From: a virus
Virus record (IMG/VR): IMGVR_UViG_3300045988_168418
Length of the DNA stretch: 56,826 bases
Strand: one strand, 5' to 3'
This document shows positions 37,378 to 46,686 of this stretch, in pieces; positions within the stretch are counted from its first letter, which is position 1, and the number at the start of each line of letters is the position of its first letter. The notes beneath the pieces were generated by a model. That model saw only the letters and a program-made list of their open reading frames with translations. It ran no database searches and was not told the origin of the DNA. The translations under genes and the position numbers were made by a program.

Positions 37378-39401
37378 GATATCCTTATTTAAAAGACTCT
37401 TCTTTTTTAAGAGAAATTGATAAATTAAGAATAAAAGAACAATTTGTAAAAATTGTACTATTAGATTTTTATGAAAATTCAATAAGAGAAATACAAGGAA
37501 AAGCTATAAGTGGTAGCTTAAATTTAGAAGGGGAATCAAATATTAGAAGGACTTGCAATTTAACTATGGTTGCAAGTCCTTTTGAAAATGACTTAACTAA
37601 TATAAATAATCTTATTTCTATAAATAAAAAGATTCAATTAGAAATAGGAATTTTAAATACTACAAAAAAATATCAAGAGTACAAAATAATCTGGTTTCCA
37701 CAAGGCGTTTTCGTTAATATCAATTCATCTATTTCACATTCTACTAGTGACGTAACTATATCATTACAGATGAAAGATAAAATGTGTTTACTTAATGGAG
37801 AGTGTGGAGGTACTATTTCTGCTTCTACAACTTTTCACGAATATGAGACAACTGATGAAAATGGCAATATAGTAATAAGTAATCCAACAATTTATCAGAT
37901 TATTCAAGAAGTAGTTAATCATTTTGGCGGAGAACAATTAAGTAAAATTATTATTAGCGATATTGATTCCCGCATTAAGAAAGTTATGAAGTGGACAGGA
38001 AGTTCTCCTTTCTACTTAATAAAAAAAATGAAAAATAATACTATTCAATATTTGCCTACTACTAACGCAGATGAGCTTACAAAAGAAGATGTCCAAGAAT
38101 ATAAGATATATGAATATGGAGAAGATATAGGATATGTATACGCGGATTTTGTTTATCCAGGAGAATTAATTGGAGATGCCGGAAGTACTGTATGTGATAT
38201 TTTGGACTCTATTAAAGACACTTTAGGGAATTATGAATATTTTTATGATGTAGAAGGAAATTTTATTTTTCAAGAAATTAAAAATTATTTAAACAATTCT
38301 CAAGCAAAAGTTGAATTAAATAGTATGTCAAATGATAATTATTTAATTGATATGAGTAAAGGTAAGTCTGTTTATACTTTTGATGATGGCTGTTCAGTTA
38401 CTTCTTATTCCAATAACCCGCAATATGGAATGATAAAAAATGATTTTATAGTATGGGGTATGAAAGAAAATGAGAATGGAAATACAATGCCTATTCGTTA
38501 TCATTTAGCTATTGATTCTAAGCCTAAAGTTGGAAATACTTATAAATGTTTTTTCTATGAAGATCCAGATGATAAAATTAAAAAGGCTAAATGCCCTATT
38601 ACTTTTCCTACTTTTTCTGATTTTCCAAAAGAAGGTAAAGCAGATGTTTTTTACATGGCTAAAGATTCAGGCATAATATATAAGTGGACTACTTCAGAAA
38701 ATGGAGATGAAAAATATATTGCTATAGAAAATCAATTAACTTCCATTACTACTTCTGATTGGCGGACTGAATTATATTTATCTGGTGTTAATGGAGAGCC
38801 TTTGGGTTCAGATTCTAATTATTATTATACTGAACTATTGAATGAGTGGCCTAAGCTCTATGATATTGAGAACGGGAAATTTTATGATGAAAACCTAAAA
38901 ATGCCAAGTGATATAGACTATTTTTTAGATTTCATAGATTCTTCAGCGTCAATTTCTGAACTTAGTGTATCTAATATAGGAAGAAGAACTAAAGTTATTA
39001 ATGACGATAAGATAAACTGTATTTTTGAACCAGAGATTCCCGACTTAGTATTATTAAATTTAGCTGATAAAAATGTTGAAGAGTTAAGAATAGAATGTGA
39101 TAACAAAGGACAAGATTATGTACAGTTGGAAGATAGAATTTTTAATATGATTGTCGCAGGAGGGAAATCTAATTCCGCGTATAATATGGTTCGAGAACTT
39201 CTATATCAATATACTAGTTATAATGAAAGTATTACAATAGATGCATTACCAATTTATTATTTAGAGCCTAATGTTAGAATTACAGTAAGAGATAGTCTAA
39301 GTGGAATCTACGGAGACTATATGATAAAAAGTATTTCTCTTCCATTAGACATATCTAGTACAATGTCGATATCTTGTACAAGAGCTTTAGAAAGATTTTA
39401 A
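37374..39401 (+). CDS. Tail/baseplate structural protein (675 aa)
   Basis: ATGA-coupled to the upstream gene. Confidence 0.4.
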   Translation: MRYPYLKDSSFLREIDKLRIKEQFVKIVLLDFYENSIREIQGKAISGSLNLEGESNIRRTCNLTMVASPFENDLTNINNLISINKKIQLEIGILNTTKKYQEYKIIWFPQGVFVNINSSISHSTSDVTISLQMKDKMCLLNGECGGTISASTTFHEYETTDENGNIVISNPTIYQIIQEVVNHFGGEQLSKIIISDIDSRIKKVMKWTGSSPFYLIKKMKNNTIQYLPTTNADELTKEDVQEYKIYEYGEDIGYVYADFVYPGELIGDAGSTVCDILDSIKDTLGNYEYFYDVEGNFIFQEIKNYLNNSQAKVELNSMSNDNYLIDMSKGKSVYTFDDGCSVTSYSNNPQYGMIKNDFIVWGMKENENGNTMPIRYHLAIDSKPKVGNTYKCFFYEDPDDKIKKAKCPITFPTFSDFPKEGKADVFYMAKDSGIIYKWTTSENGDEKYIAIENQLTSITTSDWRTELYLSGVNGEPLGSDSNYYYTELLNEWPKLYDIENGKFYDENLKMPSDIDYFLDFIDSSASISELSVSNIGRRTKVINDDKINCIFEPEIPDLVLLNLADKNVEELRIECDNKGQDYVQLEDRIFNMIVAGGKSNSAYNMVRELLYQYTSYNESITIDALPIYYLEPNVRITVRDSLSGIYGDYMIKSISLPLDISSTMSISCTRALERF

Positions 39402-39422
39402 TAACAAGAAAGGAGAAAACTT

Positions 39423-40163
39423 ATGTATCAAATAGGTCAATTTCGTAGAACTCAATTACCTATAGATAGATATAAAATTACTAAACAAGGTGAAATTGTA
39501 AGCGTAAAAAGCCACTTTAAAAGTAGTAATGGGGAAGAAGATGACTCTTTTGTTTTTGAAAACAAAGGACTTTTATTAGAAGGTAGTAATGTTTTAGATA
39601 ATCAAACTAGCTATTATTTAAAGTTTACTGTTTATAAGAAAACTTCTGGAGAACAAAGTTTTGATTTAATTTTAAAAAATAGTGATGTTTCAAACAAAGA
39701 AACTCAGACTATAGAGTCTTTTGTTGCGGCGAAGTTAGTAGAGGGAGAAAAAAATAATAAAGTAACTTTCGAAGTAATTATTTCTCCTAATTCAACATAT
39801 AATCAAATTGTTTTTGATTTAGATAGAACTTCAATAGATTTAAAAGAAGCTAATCAAGAGAAAGAGGATGTAGTTGGAAGAGTTATGAATATTGAAGTTA
39901 ATGATTTTTATGCTATTCATAACATAATTGAAGATTTATCTTCTAATCTTAATTATTCTGATTTAGAAGAACTAGCTAAAATCGGCGTACAAGGGCCGCC
40001 TGGATTGATTATGTGTATCAATAGGGAACAAATTAGAATAGGTAGAACTGGAATATATGAATTAAATAATGGGATGAAGATTCAATCTATTGGTTTTGTT
40101 TTAAAAAAATCTGATTTTTATTTAGATGGAACTGATTATTTCATAATGGATTTCCAGTATTAA
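39423..40163 (+). CDS. Hypothetical tail protein
   Basis: RBS 'aaaggaga'. Confidence 0.35.
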   Translation: MYQIGQFRRTQLPIDRYKITKQGEIVSVKSHFKSSNGEEDDSFVFENKGLLLEGSNVLDNQTSYYLKFTVYKKTSGEQSFDLILKNSDVSNKETQTIESFVAAKLVEGEKNNKVTFEVIISPNSTYNQIVFDLDRTSIDLKEANQEKEDVVGRVMNIEVNDFYAIHNIIEDLSSNLNYSDLEELAKIGVQGPPGLIMCINREQIRIGRTGIYELNNGMKIQSIGFVLKKSDFYLDGTDYFIMDFQY

Positions 40164-40173
40164 GGAGGTTAGA

Positions 40174-41766
40174 ATGTTAGGAAGTTTTTATGGAGGTAAG
40201 CCAGGAGTTTCTTTTATCATTGTAAAGAGCTATTTGTCTATCGAGGCAATGAAAAATGATTTTAAACAAGGTCCGCTCTTTAGTGAAGTTACTTTTGGGG
40301 AATATGTTTTAATCAATACTGAGAACAAAAATGATCCTGATAATGGAAAGGTTTTTAGAAGAGGATTAAATTATACTGATACGAAAACTGCGGGAGCTAT
40401 TTATATAGGTACTATTGTCGGACCTGCGGGAAGAGCTCCGATGCTAGAAGTTACTACTTTAGATATAATAAAAGATAAACAAATTGAAGAAGGCTTTGAA
40501 TATAGAAAAGGTGAAGGCTCTTATACCTTAAGCGGAAAAGATTTATTACCAGGTAAAGTAGATGGAGAAGACCAATATAATGATGAAATTCAATGGGGAT
40601 ACTGCTCTGTTAGAAATGCAAATGGAGAAGATACTACTGCATATATTGGTTTTAAATTTCCTTATTTAGTAGTTGACTTTAAAGCTAATTCAGTTAGTCC
40701 ATATTATAATAGAAGTAATGATACAGCCAATTTTACTAATAATAATTTAGTTGAAAGAGCTGATGATAAGTCTCATCCTTTTTATGAAGAATGGGATATT
40801 AAAATTCCAAAAGGAATAAAAGGAGACTCTTTAAAAAACTTAAGAGTAATGGTTGCTGATGATTCAGTCCAATATGAAAACTTAAGTAAAAAAGCAGATG
40901 ATATTGCCAATAGTAGAAAAGTGCTAGTATATGATTACTATAATTATGATGCTAATGCAAATGGTGAATTAACTCCTATTTACTTAGGAGATTATAATAT
41001 GATTGAAGATATCTATATAGATGGAGTAACAGGCAAGATCACTATTAATTATACACATGATGATGACTATGCTAAATTTTTACAATTTGTTAATGGAATT
41101 TCAATAGCGGAAAATGGAACTGTCACTCTTAGCTATACAGGCGGTGCTTCAGATGTAGTTTTATCTACTAAATTAAAATGGATTTCTAATGTAACGGTAA
41201 ACACTGGAACTCAAGAGGGAAATGGCACTCAGAAAATCGCTGTAACTTATAATGATGGAACTTCTAGTGAAATTGGAAATCCATTAAATTATATTATGAG
41301 AATAGCGGTAAATGAAGAAAATTATCATTTGTTAATTCTTTATAGCGATCCCGCCCGCAGACAAAGTTTAATTTCATCTGGACAAGCAGTTACTTATAAT
41401 GGAATTCAAGGATGGTTAGATTTAGGTTCAGTAAAAGATAAGGGTGGATTATTAGTAGGTCCGCGTATAAAAATCTCAGACTTAGGATTGACAAGTAGTG
41501 CAACTACACAACAGATTGCTGCGGCTTTAAAACGTTTATATCCAAATGGTTTTTCAGATGCAGATAAAGGAAAAGTTGCAGTTATAGAGTTTGATGAAAC
41601 AATAAAAGACTATTATGGATTCGATTATGATAGTAATGAATGGTATTACATCGCGGGTTCTGTTTTAATTAATATTCCTATTGTAGTAGGTAAAGAGAAT
41701 GATGCAGATATAGAATCAAAGATAAATGATTTACCTGAAGGTGGTATCTGGTTTGTAATAGACTAA
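40174..41766 (+). CDS. Tail fibre/receptor-binding-like protein (530 aa)
   Basis: RBS 'aaggagg'; beta-rich sequence. Confidence 0.35.
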   Translation: MLGSFYGGKPGVSFIIVKSYLSIEAMKNDFKQGPLFSEVTFGEYVLINTENKNDPDNGKVFRRGLNYTDTKTAGAIYIGTIVGPAGRAPMLEVTTLDIIKDKQIEEGFEYRKGEGSYTLSGKDLLPGKVDGEDQYNDEIQWGYCSVRNANGEDTTAYIGFKFPYLVVDFKANSVSPYYNRSNDTANFTNNNLVERADDKSHPFYEEWDIKIPKGIKGDSLKNLRVMVADDSVQYENLSKKADDIANSRKVLVYDYYNYDANANGELTPIYLGDYNMIEDIYIDGVTGKITINYTHDDDYAKFLQFVNGISIAENGTVTLSYTGGASDVVLSTKLKWISNVTVNTGTQEGNGTQKIAVTYNDGTSSEIGNPLNYIMRIAVNEENYHLLILYSDPARRQSLISSGQAVTYNGIQGWLDLGSVKDKGGLLVGPRIKISDLGLTSSATTQQIAAALKRLYPNGFSDADKGKVAVIEFDETIKDYYGFDYDSNEWYYIAGSVLINIPIVVGKENDADIESKINDLPEGGIWFVID

Positions 41767-41778
41767 AGGAGTTAAAAT

Positions 41779-42069
41779 ATGAGTGATACAAGTGTTAATA
41801 AATTCTTTGGTCAGATACGAGGACCTTTTACCAAAGACCAAGAAATTATAGAATTGATTAGAACTATGACTAACTATAGAAATTTAAGTTATTTAAAAAA
41901 AGTAGGTATTCAAACAAATGTAAGAAACGAGATAGAAATAAATGGTCATATCTTTGAAATAGGTAAAACTGGTATTTTGGAGAGTGATTATGATAATAAA
42001 ATTACTTCTTTAAAATTTAAACAGGATGTTGATGAATATACTATTGTAGATTTTATTTGTAATAAATGA
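41779..42069 (+). CDS. Hypothetical small protein
   Basis: RBS 'aaaggag'. Confidence 0.35.
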   Translation: MSDTSVNKFFGQIRGPFTKDQEIIELIRTMTNYRNLSYLKKVGIQTNVRNEIEINGHIFEIGKTGILESDYDNKITSLKFKQDVDEYTIVDFICNK

Positions 42070-42082
42070 AGGAGTGTGTTAG

Positions 42083-42646
42083 ATGGCGGAAACAAGCAGT
42101 TCATTTAAAGTTAAACAAAAAGATGGCACTTTTAAAGATTTTAAATTTAAAGTAGATACAATAAATGTAAAGTTATCCGACCAGTATCAAGGTACTCAAG
42201 GATTGGATAATTTAGAAGATTTTTTAAAGGCTGAAAAAGAATGGACAAGTAGCGGAAATCTTAATTATGAGATCTCAGATGGTACTGTCATTAGATTGAC
42301 CATTACCCCAGCCGCGAAAAAATTAGCAAATTGTCTTTATATTTTTTCTGAGTATAATGGTCATCCTATGGAAGTAAAACAGATTCCTGTAAATATGGTA
42401 GATTATGAAAATAAGATAATTCAATTATCCTATACTATTGTAGATCCCATTACCCATGCTATGACTATTTTTCAATATAATCTAACTTGGGAAAATGATA
42501 AAAATACTTTAACAGTTTCTGATGTTCGTACAGCAGAATTAAAAGTAATTATAGAATCCGATGGTAGCAAAAATTTAGATTTTCAAGTGGTAGAAGGAAA
42601 AAATAATAAAGCTTATAGATTAAGACAATTATGCCTTTCAAGATAG
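42083..42646 (+). CDS. Hypothetical protein (last gene of the tail operon)
   Basis: RBS 'gaaggag'; followed by a strong terminator. Confidence 0.35.
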   Translation: MAETSSSFKVKQKDGTFKDFKFKVDTINVKLSDQYQGTQGLDNLEDFLKAEKEWTSSGNLNYEISDGTVIRLTITPAAKKLANCLYIFSEYNGHPMEVKQIPVNMVDYENKIIQLSYTIVDPITHAMTIFQYNLTWENDKNTLTVSDVRTAELKVIIESDGSKNLDFQVVEGKNNKAYRLRQLCLSR

Positions 42647-42653
42647 TAAAATG

Positions 42654-42698
42654 CTAGCCAAGAATAATATTTATTGTTATTCTTGGCTATTTTTTTTG
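42654..42698 (+). terminator. Rho-independent terminator closing the tail operon
   Basis: 'agccaagaataa' (42656-42667) pairs with 'ttattcttggct' (42677-42688); followed by T8. Confidence 0.7.
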
Positions 42699-42853
42699 TT
42701 TTATACAGAATTTTATACGTGCTTTTTATTTTCTTACTTTAGGAGCCAAATTTACTTTTTAAATAAATTTTAATGAAAATTTCGGGCAAAGTATAAAATT
42801 TATTACCAGTCATTTTTCATATACCATTGCAAGGGAAAGGAGTGAAAAGTAAA

Positions 42854-43336
42854 ATGTATCAAAATTTACAACAACTGCAAAACAGTCCTTATTACCAATA
42901 CCCTTATAATCAACAATATCAACGCCTGGCACAATTAGAGCAACAACAACAGATGAATACTCCGTATAATACTATGGTTTCTCAAAATCAAAGTTTTTTA
43001 AAAGGTAGACCAGTAGTATCCATGGAGGAAGCCCGTGCCGCACAGATTGATTTAGATGGTTCGTTGTTTATTTTTACTGACATAGGAAATAAAAAGATTT
43101 ATACTAAACAGATAAATCTTGATGGAACTGCTACTTTAAACACTTACTCTCTTGTAGAAAATGTAGCACCAATAGAAAGTTATGTCACTAAAACTGAATT
43201 TGAAAAAGCCATCTCATCAATTAGAGAAGAAATGGTTAAAAAGGAAACATTAGAAAGGAATGTAGATAATGACTCAATTAAACAGCAACAATCTGGAACA
43301 ACTAAAAAAGCAGTTTGCAAATCATCCTCTTTTTAA
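42854..43336 (+). CDS. Q/Y/N-rich (prion-like low-complexity N-terminus) protein with folded C-terminal domain; the track starts at 42827, ATG 42854 preferred
   Basis: 'MYQNLQQLQNSPYYQYPYNQQYQRLAQLEQQQQMNTPYNTMVSQNQ' followed by '...IDLDGSLFIFTD...INLDGTATL'. Confidence 0.4.
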   Translation: MYQNLQQLQNSPYYQYPYNQQYQRLAQLEQQQQMNTPYNTMVSQNQSFLKGRPVVSMEEARAAQIDLDGSLFIFTDIGNKKIYTKQINLDGTATLNTYSLVENVAPIESYVTKTEFEKAISSIREEMVKKETLERNVDNDSIKQQQSGTTKKAVCKSSSF

Positions 43337-43466
43337 TAGAGCAGAACAAATGGTATCTGGAAAAACACCAGAAGAGATAGAGCAAATTGCAAAAAATTTA
43401 TGCCAGCAAAGAGGAATTAATTTTGATGAAGCATGGAAAATGTTTCAGCAACAATTTAGATTTTAG
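43269..43466 (+). CDS. Small hypothetical protein overlapping the previous gene by 68 nt in the +1 frame
   Basis: Own ATG with 'aaaggaa' RBS-like sequence; 65 aa. Confidence 0.3.
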   Translation: MTQLNSNNLEQLKKQFANHPLFNRAEQMVSGKTPEEIEQIAKNLCQQRGINFDEAWKMFQQQFRF

Positions 43467-43520
43467 CGTACAAGGCTTTTATGGAAAACAAATTATAAAT
43501 TATAAAAAAGGAGATTTATT

Positions 43521-44270
43521 ATGGGAATGATGAATGATGGATTAAGTATCGCTGATGCTATGGCTTTAGCAAAAGATGGAGATTGCACTGGATTCGGCGG
43601 AAATGGCACTTGGATTTGGGTGTTCTTCTTATTTTTCTTGTTAGCTTGGGGCGGAAATGGCTTCTTTGGTAATAGAAGTGGAGTAGACAGTGCCGCAGTT
43701 CAAGGAGCTTTAACAAGAGCAGATTTATTTGAAGGATTTAACAACAGCGATGTTCAAAGACAATTACAAGGATTATCTAATGGACTTTGTGATGGATTCT
43801 ACGCTCAAAATACAACTATGTTAAATAGTTTTAATACTGTTGGGAGAGAGCTTTGTCAAGGTTTTGGCGGAGTCAATAGTAATATGAGTTTAGGTTTTGC
43901 AGGAATCCAATCTGCAATTAATGATGCAAAATTTGCGGATCAGCAATGCTGCTGTGAAACGAATCGCAACATAGACGCGGTTCGCTATGAAAACTCTCGT
44001 AATACTTGCGATATTGTAAATGCAATTCGTGAAGATGGAAATACTACAAGAGCGTTAATCAATGCTAATACAATGCAAGATTTAAGAGATAAATTAGCAG
44101 ATAGAGATAGAGATCTTATGACCGCAAATTTTCAATTAAGTCAACAGGCTCAAAGTGCTAATTTGATTGGAACTTTAAGACCTTATCCACAACCAGCTTA
44201 TATTACTTGCTCTCCATATGAAGCTTCCTTATTAGGAAACAGAATTTATAATGGATGCGGCTGTAACTAA
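43521..44270 (+). CDS. Cys-rich membrane protein (one TM near the N-terminus; 'CCCETNRN' cluster; ends 'GCGCN')
   Basis: RBS 'aaaggaga'; TM 'WIWVFFLFFLLAWGG'; about 11 Cys in the extracytoplasmic part. Confidence 0.4.
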   Translation: MGMMNDGLSIADAMALAKDGDCTGFGGNGTWIWVFFLFFLLAWGGNGFFGNRSGVDSAAVQGALTRADLFEGFNNSDVQRQLQGLSNGLCDGFYAQNTTMLNSFNTVGRELCQGFGGVNSNMSLGFAGIQSAINDAKFADQQCCCETNRNIDAVRYENSRNTCDIVNAIREDGNTTRALINANTMQDLRDKLADRDRDLMTANFQLSQQAQSANLIGTLRPYPQPAYITCSPYEASLLGNRIYNGCGCN

Positions 44271-44322
44271 TCTTAATAGAATACGGGCGGAGAGTCTCCG
44301 CCCAAGAAAGGAAATATAAAAT

Positions 44323-44772
44323 ATGGGATATACAATAAACAAAGCATATCAAAAAAGCGTATTAAATGCTGTATCTACTGCAAATGAGACTCTAACAACA
44401 GGACAAGTTCTACCATTTACTAATATTAATATTCTAAATGGATGTTCTATCAATTATATTGCTGGTTCTTCTTCAATCCAGTTAAAGAAACCAGGAGTTT
44501 ATCTAATCAGTGTAGACGCTATCGCCGCAGAGTCTGGAACTGCGGGAACTGTTACTATGCAATTACAAAAGAACGGAGTTAACGTAGAAGGAGCAACAAG
44601 TAGTTCTAATTCCGCGGCAGTAACAGACTTTAATGGAATGTCTTTTTCAACTGTTGTTAAAGTTTTACCTTCTTGTGCTTCTATTGATAATACTACTACT
44701 CTAACTGTATTAAATACTGGCGTAGGAGCTATTTATTCTAATACTAATATAACTGTAATTAAATTATGTTAA
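44323..44772 (+). CDS. BclA C-terminal/C1q-TNF-like jelly-roll domain protein
   Basis: 'PGVYLISVDAIAAESGTAGTVTMQLQKNGVNVEGATSS...' parallels the B. anthracis BclA CTD 'TGFYKITVIANTATASVLGGLTIQVNGVPVPGTGSS...'; judged by eye. Confidence 0.4.
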   Translation: MGYTINKAYQKSVLNAVSTANETLTTGQVLPFTNINILNGCSINYIAGSSSIQLKKPGVYLISVDAIAAESGTAGTVTMQLQKNGVNVEGATSSSNSAAVTDFNGMSFSTVVKVLPSCASIDNTTTLTVLNTGVGAIYSNTNITVIKLC

Positions 44773-44787
44773 TGAGGAGGCTATGTT

Positions 44788-45336
44788 ATGGCAGAAACAA
44801 TATCTCCGAAAGCAACAATAGAAGAAAATACAAATGAGGACATGATGGTTAAGATGATGGAGCAGAATCTAGAAGGAGTAATGTTTCATTTATTTGAAAC
44901 AGACTTATATGATTTATTAAAATTACCTGGATTTAAGGCTTTACATCACCACCAATCACAAGAAGAGACTGAAACTCTTGAGCTTTTAAAACATAAATAT
45001 ATTGAGAAATATAAAAAATTTCCAATCTTAAAAACAAAAAGTATTGACCGTTGGGAAGAAAACGAGGATTTATATAAAGATTTATCTGAAGAAAAAATTA
45101 TTTCTTTAGTGAAAGAATCTATGAAACAATATGCTGATTGGGAAAGCGAAGTTTTAGAACATCTATTACAATGGAAAAGAAATGTAGAAGATAGAAAGAT
45201 CGTGCATAAAATGATAGAAGATGTCATGCAAGAGATAAAGCATATAGAAACATTAATGGACATCTTAGAAGAACATGATTATAATTATCAATGTATCTGT
45301 GAAATCTCTGATTACCTTAGTCGTAGATATAAATAA
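44788..45336 (+). CDS. Highly acidic helical hypothetical protein
   Basis: RBS 'gaggagg'; E/D-rich 182 aa. Confidence 0.4.
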   Translation: MAETISPKATIEENTNEDMMVKMMEQNLEGVMFHLFETDLYDLLKLPGFKALHHHQSQEETETLELLKHKYIEKYKKFPILKTKSIDRWEENEDLYKDLSEEKIISLVKESMKQYADWESEVLEHLLQWKRNVEDRKIVHKMIEDVMQEIKHIETLMDILEEHDYNYQCICEISDYLSRRYK

Positions 45337-45365
45337 TGGGAGCTATTTAGCTCCCATATTTTTTT
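45336..45365. terminator. Bidirectional terminator between the convergent arms
   Basis: 'atgggagcta-tt-tagctcccat' followed by T-run 'attttttta' on the plus strand. Confidence 0.6.
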
Positions 45366-45858
45366 ATTCCCAAATAATCTTATTATTTAAAAGAATATAT
45401 GCATAACCTATTCCTATAGCATCTGCTTCATCATCATTTACTTTAATATTAAATTTTTCTTCTACAAATCGAATATCTTCAAGCTTTAATTCTTCTCTTT
45501 TGATTCCTTTTCCTGTGCGGATTCCACATGCAGAACGCCATTCACTTGGGTATAAATATTCAATTTTTATTTGTGGAAAATTATCATGTACAGTAAAAGC
45601 TATCGCTGCTTGAAGCCACATCAAAACACGATGAGTTTGAATATTTTGCAATCCATTTTCTGGTCTAACTTCCTCCAAAATAATTTTATCTATAGAATAT
45701 TTCTTTAAAATTTCAATTAGTCCTTCTATCATTTTTTTTATTCTTGCGATAACATCTTTTGAAGAAGCCGTAATACAAGTATGATAAGTTAGTTTATTAT
45801 TTTCAAAAATAGCAAATCCGCTACTTTTGGAACTTGCATCTATTGATAATATGTTCAT
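45364..45858 (-). CDS. ruvC: RuvC-like Holliday junction resolvase (phage/Lactococcus type)
   Basis: N-terminal 'ILSIDASSKSSGFAIFE' (RuvC/YqgF fold 'ILGIDPGxxxxGxAv'); C-terminal 'DEADAIGIG' catalytic-Asp motif. Confidence 0.65.
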   Translation of the reverse strand: MNILSIDASSKSSGFAIFENNKLTYHTCITASSKDVIARIKKMIEGLIEILKKYSIDKIILEEVRPENGLQNIQTHRVLMWLQAAIAFTVHDNFPQIKIEYLYPSEWRSACGIRTGKGIKREELKLEDIRFVEEKFNIKVNDDEADAIGIGYAYILLNNKIIWE

Positions 45859-45886
45859 ATTTAATCTCCTTTATTTTTCTATCTAA

Positions 45887-45915
45887 ATTATAACATATTA
45901 TTCTAACTCTGTCAA
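45887..45915 (-). promoter_or_regulatory. Consensus sigma-70 promoter for ruvC: TTGACA, 17-nt spacer, TATAAT (minus strand)
   Basis: Plus-strand 'tgtcaa' at 45910-45915 and 'attata' at 45887-45892 with a 17-nt spacer; 'aggagat' RBS before the ATG at 45858. Confidence 0.65.
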
Positions 45916-45927
45916 ATTTTATTTAAA

Positions 45928-45971
45928 CAAAAAAAAATAGAGTATATAATAATATATATATTATATACTCT
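45928..45971 (-). terminator. Rho-independent terminator after dut (12-bp inverted repeat plus T-run on the minus strand)
   Basis: 'agagtatataat' (45939-45950) and 'attatatactct' (45960-45971) flank a 9-nt loop; A10 on plus gives T-run on minus. Confidence 0.6.
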
Positions 45972-45980
45972 ACTTAATAT

Positions 45981-46424
45981 TTATTTGGAACCGGTAGAAC
46001 CAAAGCCCCCTGCCCCTCTGCTGGTATCTGTGAGAGAGTCAGTCTCTTCAAAAGTAGCTGGAATAAAAGGCATAATAATCAGTTGTGCTATTCTTTCTCC
46101 AGCCTCTACTACCATTGCTTTATCAGAATCATTATGAACGGCTACAATATATTCGCCCCGATAATCTGGGTCACAAGCACCTACACAGTTAGCTGGACGT
46201 AATCCTTTTTTTGTAGCCAATCCGCTTCTCGCGAAAATGGCTCCAAAAGTGTTTTCCTCTAATTCAATAGCAAGTCCCGTACCTATCTTTACAGTTTTAT
46301 GAGGAGGAATTTCTATATCATACGCGGTCGCCGCGTATAAATCATAGCCCGCGGCATATTCACTTCCGCGAGTAGGAATTTTTGCTAAATCATTTAAACG
46401 TTTTATTTTTACTTTATTTGCCAT
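45981..46424 (-). CDS. dut: dUTP diphosphatase (dUTPase)
   Basis: All five trimeric dUTPase motifs: 'AGYDL', 'RSGLA', 'GACDPDYRGEY', 'ERIAQLI', 'RGAGGFGSTG'. Confidence 0.9.
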   Translation of the reverse strand: MANKVKIKRLNDLAKIPTRGSEYAAGYDLYAATAYDIEIPPHKTVKIGTGLAIELEENTFGAIFARSGLATKKGLRPANCVGACDPDYRGEYIVAVHNDSDKAMVVEAGERIAQLIIMPFIPATFEETDSLTDTSRGAGGFGSTGSK

Positions 46425-46675
46425 TAAAAAGCTCCTTTTTTAGTATATTCAATATCAATCTCACTATCTGGCTCTTGTTCATTATTAAAAAGTTTTACAA
46501 CTTCAAAACGAATCCATTCATCAATTATTTCGCCTTTTGATTTTTTCTCTTTTTTGGTACTACTATATTTAGCTACCGTAAAATGCGGATCGGCTTTTAA
46601 TTCTTTAAGAAAATCTTCTACTTCTCTTTCATTACTTAATCTATATGTTTCTACTACTTTTGTTAAATATCTCAT
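46424..46675 (-). CDS. Hypothetical protein
   Basis: ORF coupled (ATGA-type overlap) to dut. Confidence 0.35.
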   Translation of the reverse strand: MRYLTKVVETYRLSNEREVEDFLKELKADPHFTVAKYSSTKKEKKSKGEIIDEWIRFEVVKLFNNEQEPDSEIDIEYTKKGAF

Positions 46676-46686
46676 TATAATTCTCC

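Noticed and set aside
42827-42853. Track start at 42827 for the Q-rich protein.
   Set aside because: The ATG at 42854 with upstream AAAGGAG is more plausible. The earlier ATG has no RBS, though the 12-nt spacing for 42854 is long, so this remains uncertain.
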